A stretch of 63,546 nt of DNA, filler included, from Atractiella rhizophila (Eukaryota), in NCBI GenBank assembly GCA_021432655.1. It is 5 parts of 4 records of this genome, joined end to end, with 100 filler letters (N's around TTAATTAATTAA, not from the genome) between each part and the next. Parts side by side here need not be neighbours in the genome. Positions count along the whole stretch, not along the records: positions 57,924 to 63,546 come from MU271721.1; 4 more parts are not named here. One strand, given 5' to 3'. Numbering within the stretch: position 1 is the first letter of the stretch; each line of letters opens with the position of its first letter. Below the pieces are notes generated by a model. It searched no databases. It was given only the letters and a program-made list of their open reading frames with translations, and was not told where the DNA came from. Below are positions 61,729 through 63,546 of this stretch, one piece after another. Position numbers and translations under genes: made by a program.

Positions 61729-63546
61729 TTAGCATCCAATCACGCCCTTTTCCTGCAAGGATGCTATCCTCTCCTCCCCATACCCCAACTCCTTCAGTAC
61801 CTCCACAGTGTGCTCTCCCAAAACAGGCGGCGGACGACGAATTGGCATTCGAGAGCCGTCGTAATGAACTGCAGGAGCGACAAGCTTGATATTCCCTACG
61901 TCCCATGGCACATCACCTCCTTCCTGGAGAAGAGCAAAAACAAGGGTGCCAAAGACTCACCAGCTCTCGGATGATAAACCTCTTCCACTGCTTTTCGAGC
62001 CACAGCTTGAGGGTGTTCGAAAGTCTGTCGAATGTTATTGATGGGAGCATGGGGCAGTCCTTGACCCTTTAGTCTGTCAAGCCACTCCTCCGTCGTCTGC
62101 TTGCGTGTCAAAGCATTGAGGGCGGGAATGAGTGAGTGGCGGTTAGCGACGCGAAGGGAATTTGAGGTATAGAGTGACGAGGAGGCGAGGGAGGGGTCGG
62201 AAAGGACTCGACAGAGGGAGGCGAACTGGCGGTCATTACCTGCACCTGTATCCAGACGAATCGAAATATATGTTTCATTTATTGTGTTGTGCAAAAGTAT
62301 AGAGGAAACGAACCAATCATGATCCACCCGTTAGAGGTTTCGAAATTCTCATACGGTACGATAGAGGGATGAGCGGTTCCTTGCCTTGTTGCTTCTTGGC
62401 CGGCGATCAAATGATTCGAGGCTATGTTAGCGAGCACGGCGAGTTGGGAATCAAAGAGATCTATATACAATAGTTTCACATTAGATGGAGTTCAAATTGG
62501 AGACAGAAGGAGACAAACTGGTATCGATCCATGTCCCGACCCCGTTTTGTGAACGTGCAATCAAGGCGGCCATGATTGCGCCGTGGAGATACAGACCAGT
62601 CACCTTTTCAGTTTGATCAGCTTGTAAAAATGACGAAAGACGAAACCATACCATGTCGGTAATCGCCACACCAACCTTCACCGGCTGTCCGTCTTTTTCA
62701 CCAGTAATGTGCATCAAACCCGCCTCCGCCTGCCATCCCATCCAGCCAAGGTTGGTCAATGTCAATGCAGCGAGTAAGAAGACGAAGTCCCAACCTCGAT
62801 GGCAACATCATAGCCTGGTTTAGTACGTAGTGGACCGCTCTGTCCATATCCACTGACGGAAGCATAAATGAGCCGTTCATTGAGCTTCCTGCAATCTTCG
62901 AATCCGAGCCCAAGCTCAGAAAGTTTCCCTGGAACGTAGTTCTCCACCAAGACATCTGCATCGCGGATGAGGGAGTATACAATCTCTCGTCCTTCATCAC
63001 TCTTTAGATCAACCTCAATGCTACGTTTATTGCTTTCATACAAGCATAATCAGAGGCGGAACCAAGAGAAGGTAACAGACGGACCGGTTCACGCAGAGAA
63101 AATAAGCACTTTCTGGAGGGAGTTTTGACCAATCCTTCCGTTGTATTTTCGGTGCGACTCCACCTGGAGAAGGAGATGGAGGAGGTGTGGGAGGTGTCTC
63201 AATCATTGGAGCAGAGGGGGGAAACCATGACCGTGTGTCATCCTTTGCCCATGTCACTTCAGCTAAAACAAATTCATGTAAGGAGAGAAACGCACGCCAA
63301 CCACAGGGCGCTCAACTTTGATGACATCTGCCCTTGATTTGAGAGATGAGCCAGTGAGAATAATAAGAATTGCTGAAGAACGGACCCAAGATCTGCGAGC
63401 AGCATGGTGCTGTAAGGTCCAGCTTATATCCCAAATCAACAATCCTGCGCTATGCGAGGAATGAAAGCGGACCAAGGATTCGCGTCAAATCCACAACTTT
63501 GATGCCCTTTAACGGAGGGGGCATGACTGTGCTCGAGTGTCGCTTT
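61729..63546 (-). CDS. CaiB/BaiF family (class III) CoA-transferase, SUGCT-like; 5' end beyond window
   Basis: [59 protein letters not shown] and [11 protein letters not shown]. Confidence 0.92.

Overview
Eukaryotic DNA from an intron-rich fungus, most likely a basidiomycete (inferred from gene content and from introns of about 45-70 nt). The window is not contiguous. Four artificial 100-bp linkers (N44-TTAATTAATTAA-N44) join five scaffold pieces, and there are two true N gaps. About 30 genes can be reconstructed by hand splicing: TFG1, ALO1, KRS1, DMC1, a bacterial-type GNAT, a lipocalin-like protein, eIF4E, the complex I 75-kDa subunit, a SAM methyltransferase that is almost invisible in the ORF track, a G-patch/C2H2 protein, CDK8/SSN3, NOP7, RPN2, CSE1, a secreted protein, an aldo-keto reductase, CRM1, a divergent TFIIB/Brf-like factor, two RPS30 copies, SCAMP, an HST2-like sirtuin, a PTDSS-type phosphatidylserine synthase, an MFS transporter, TspO and a CaiB CoA-transferase. 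I found no RNA gene, transposon or CRISPR array that I could support. The most striking signals concern splicing. The complex I 75-kDa gene needs a single-nucleotide exon (T18800), between a GT-AG and a GC-AG intron, to keep its Fe-S motif in frame. There are also at least seven GC-AG introns, a 6-nt microexon, and a set of long 5'-proximal introns that sit at G-to-C strand-skew switches. Other leads are a tandem duplication that splits the TFIIB-like gene and carries an A37 replacement, a probable bacterial-origin acetyltransferase, and an animal/plant-type PS synthase. All gene models are hand-spliced and unverified by RNA data.
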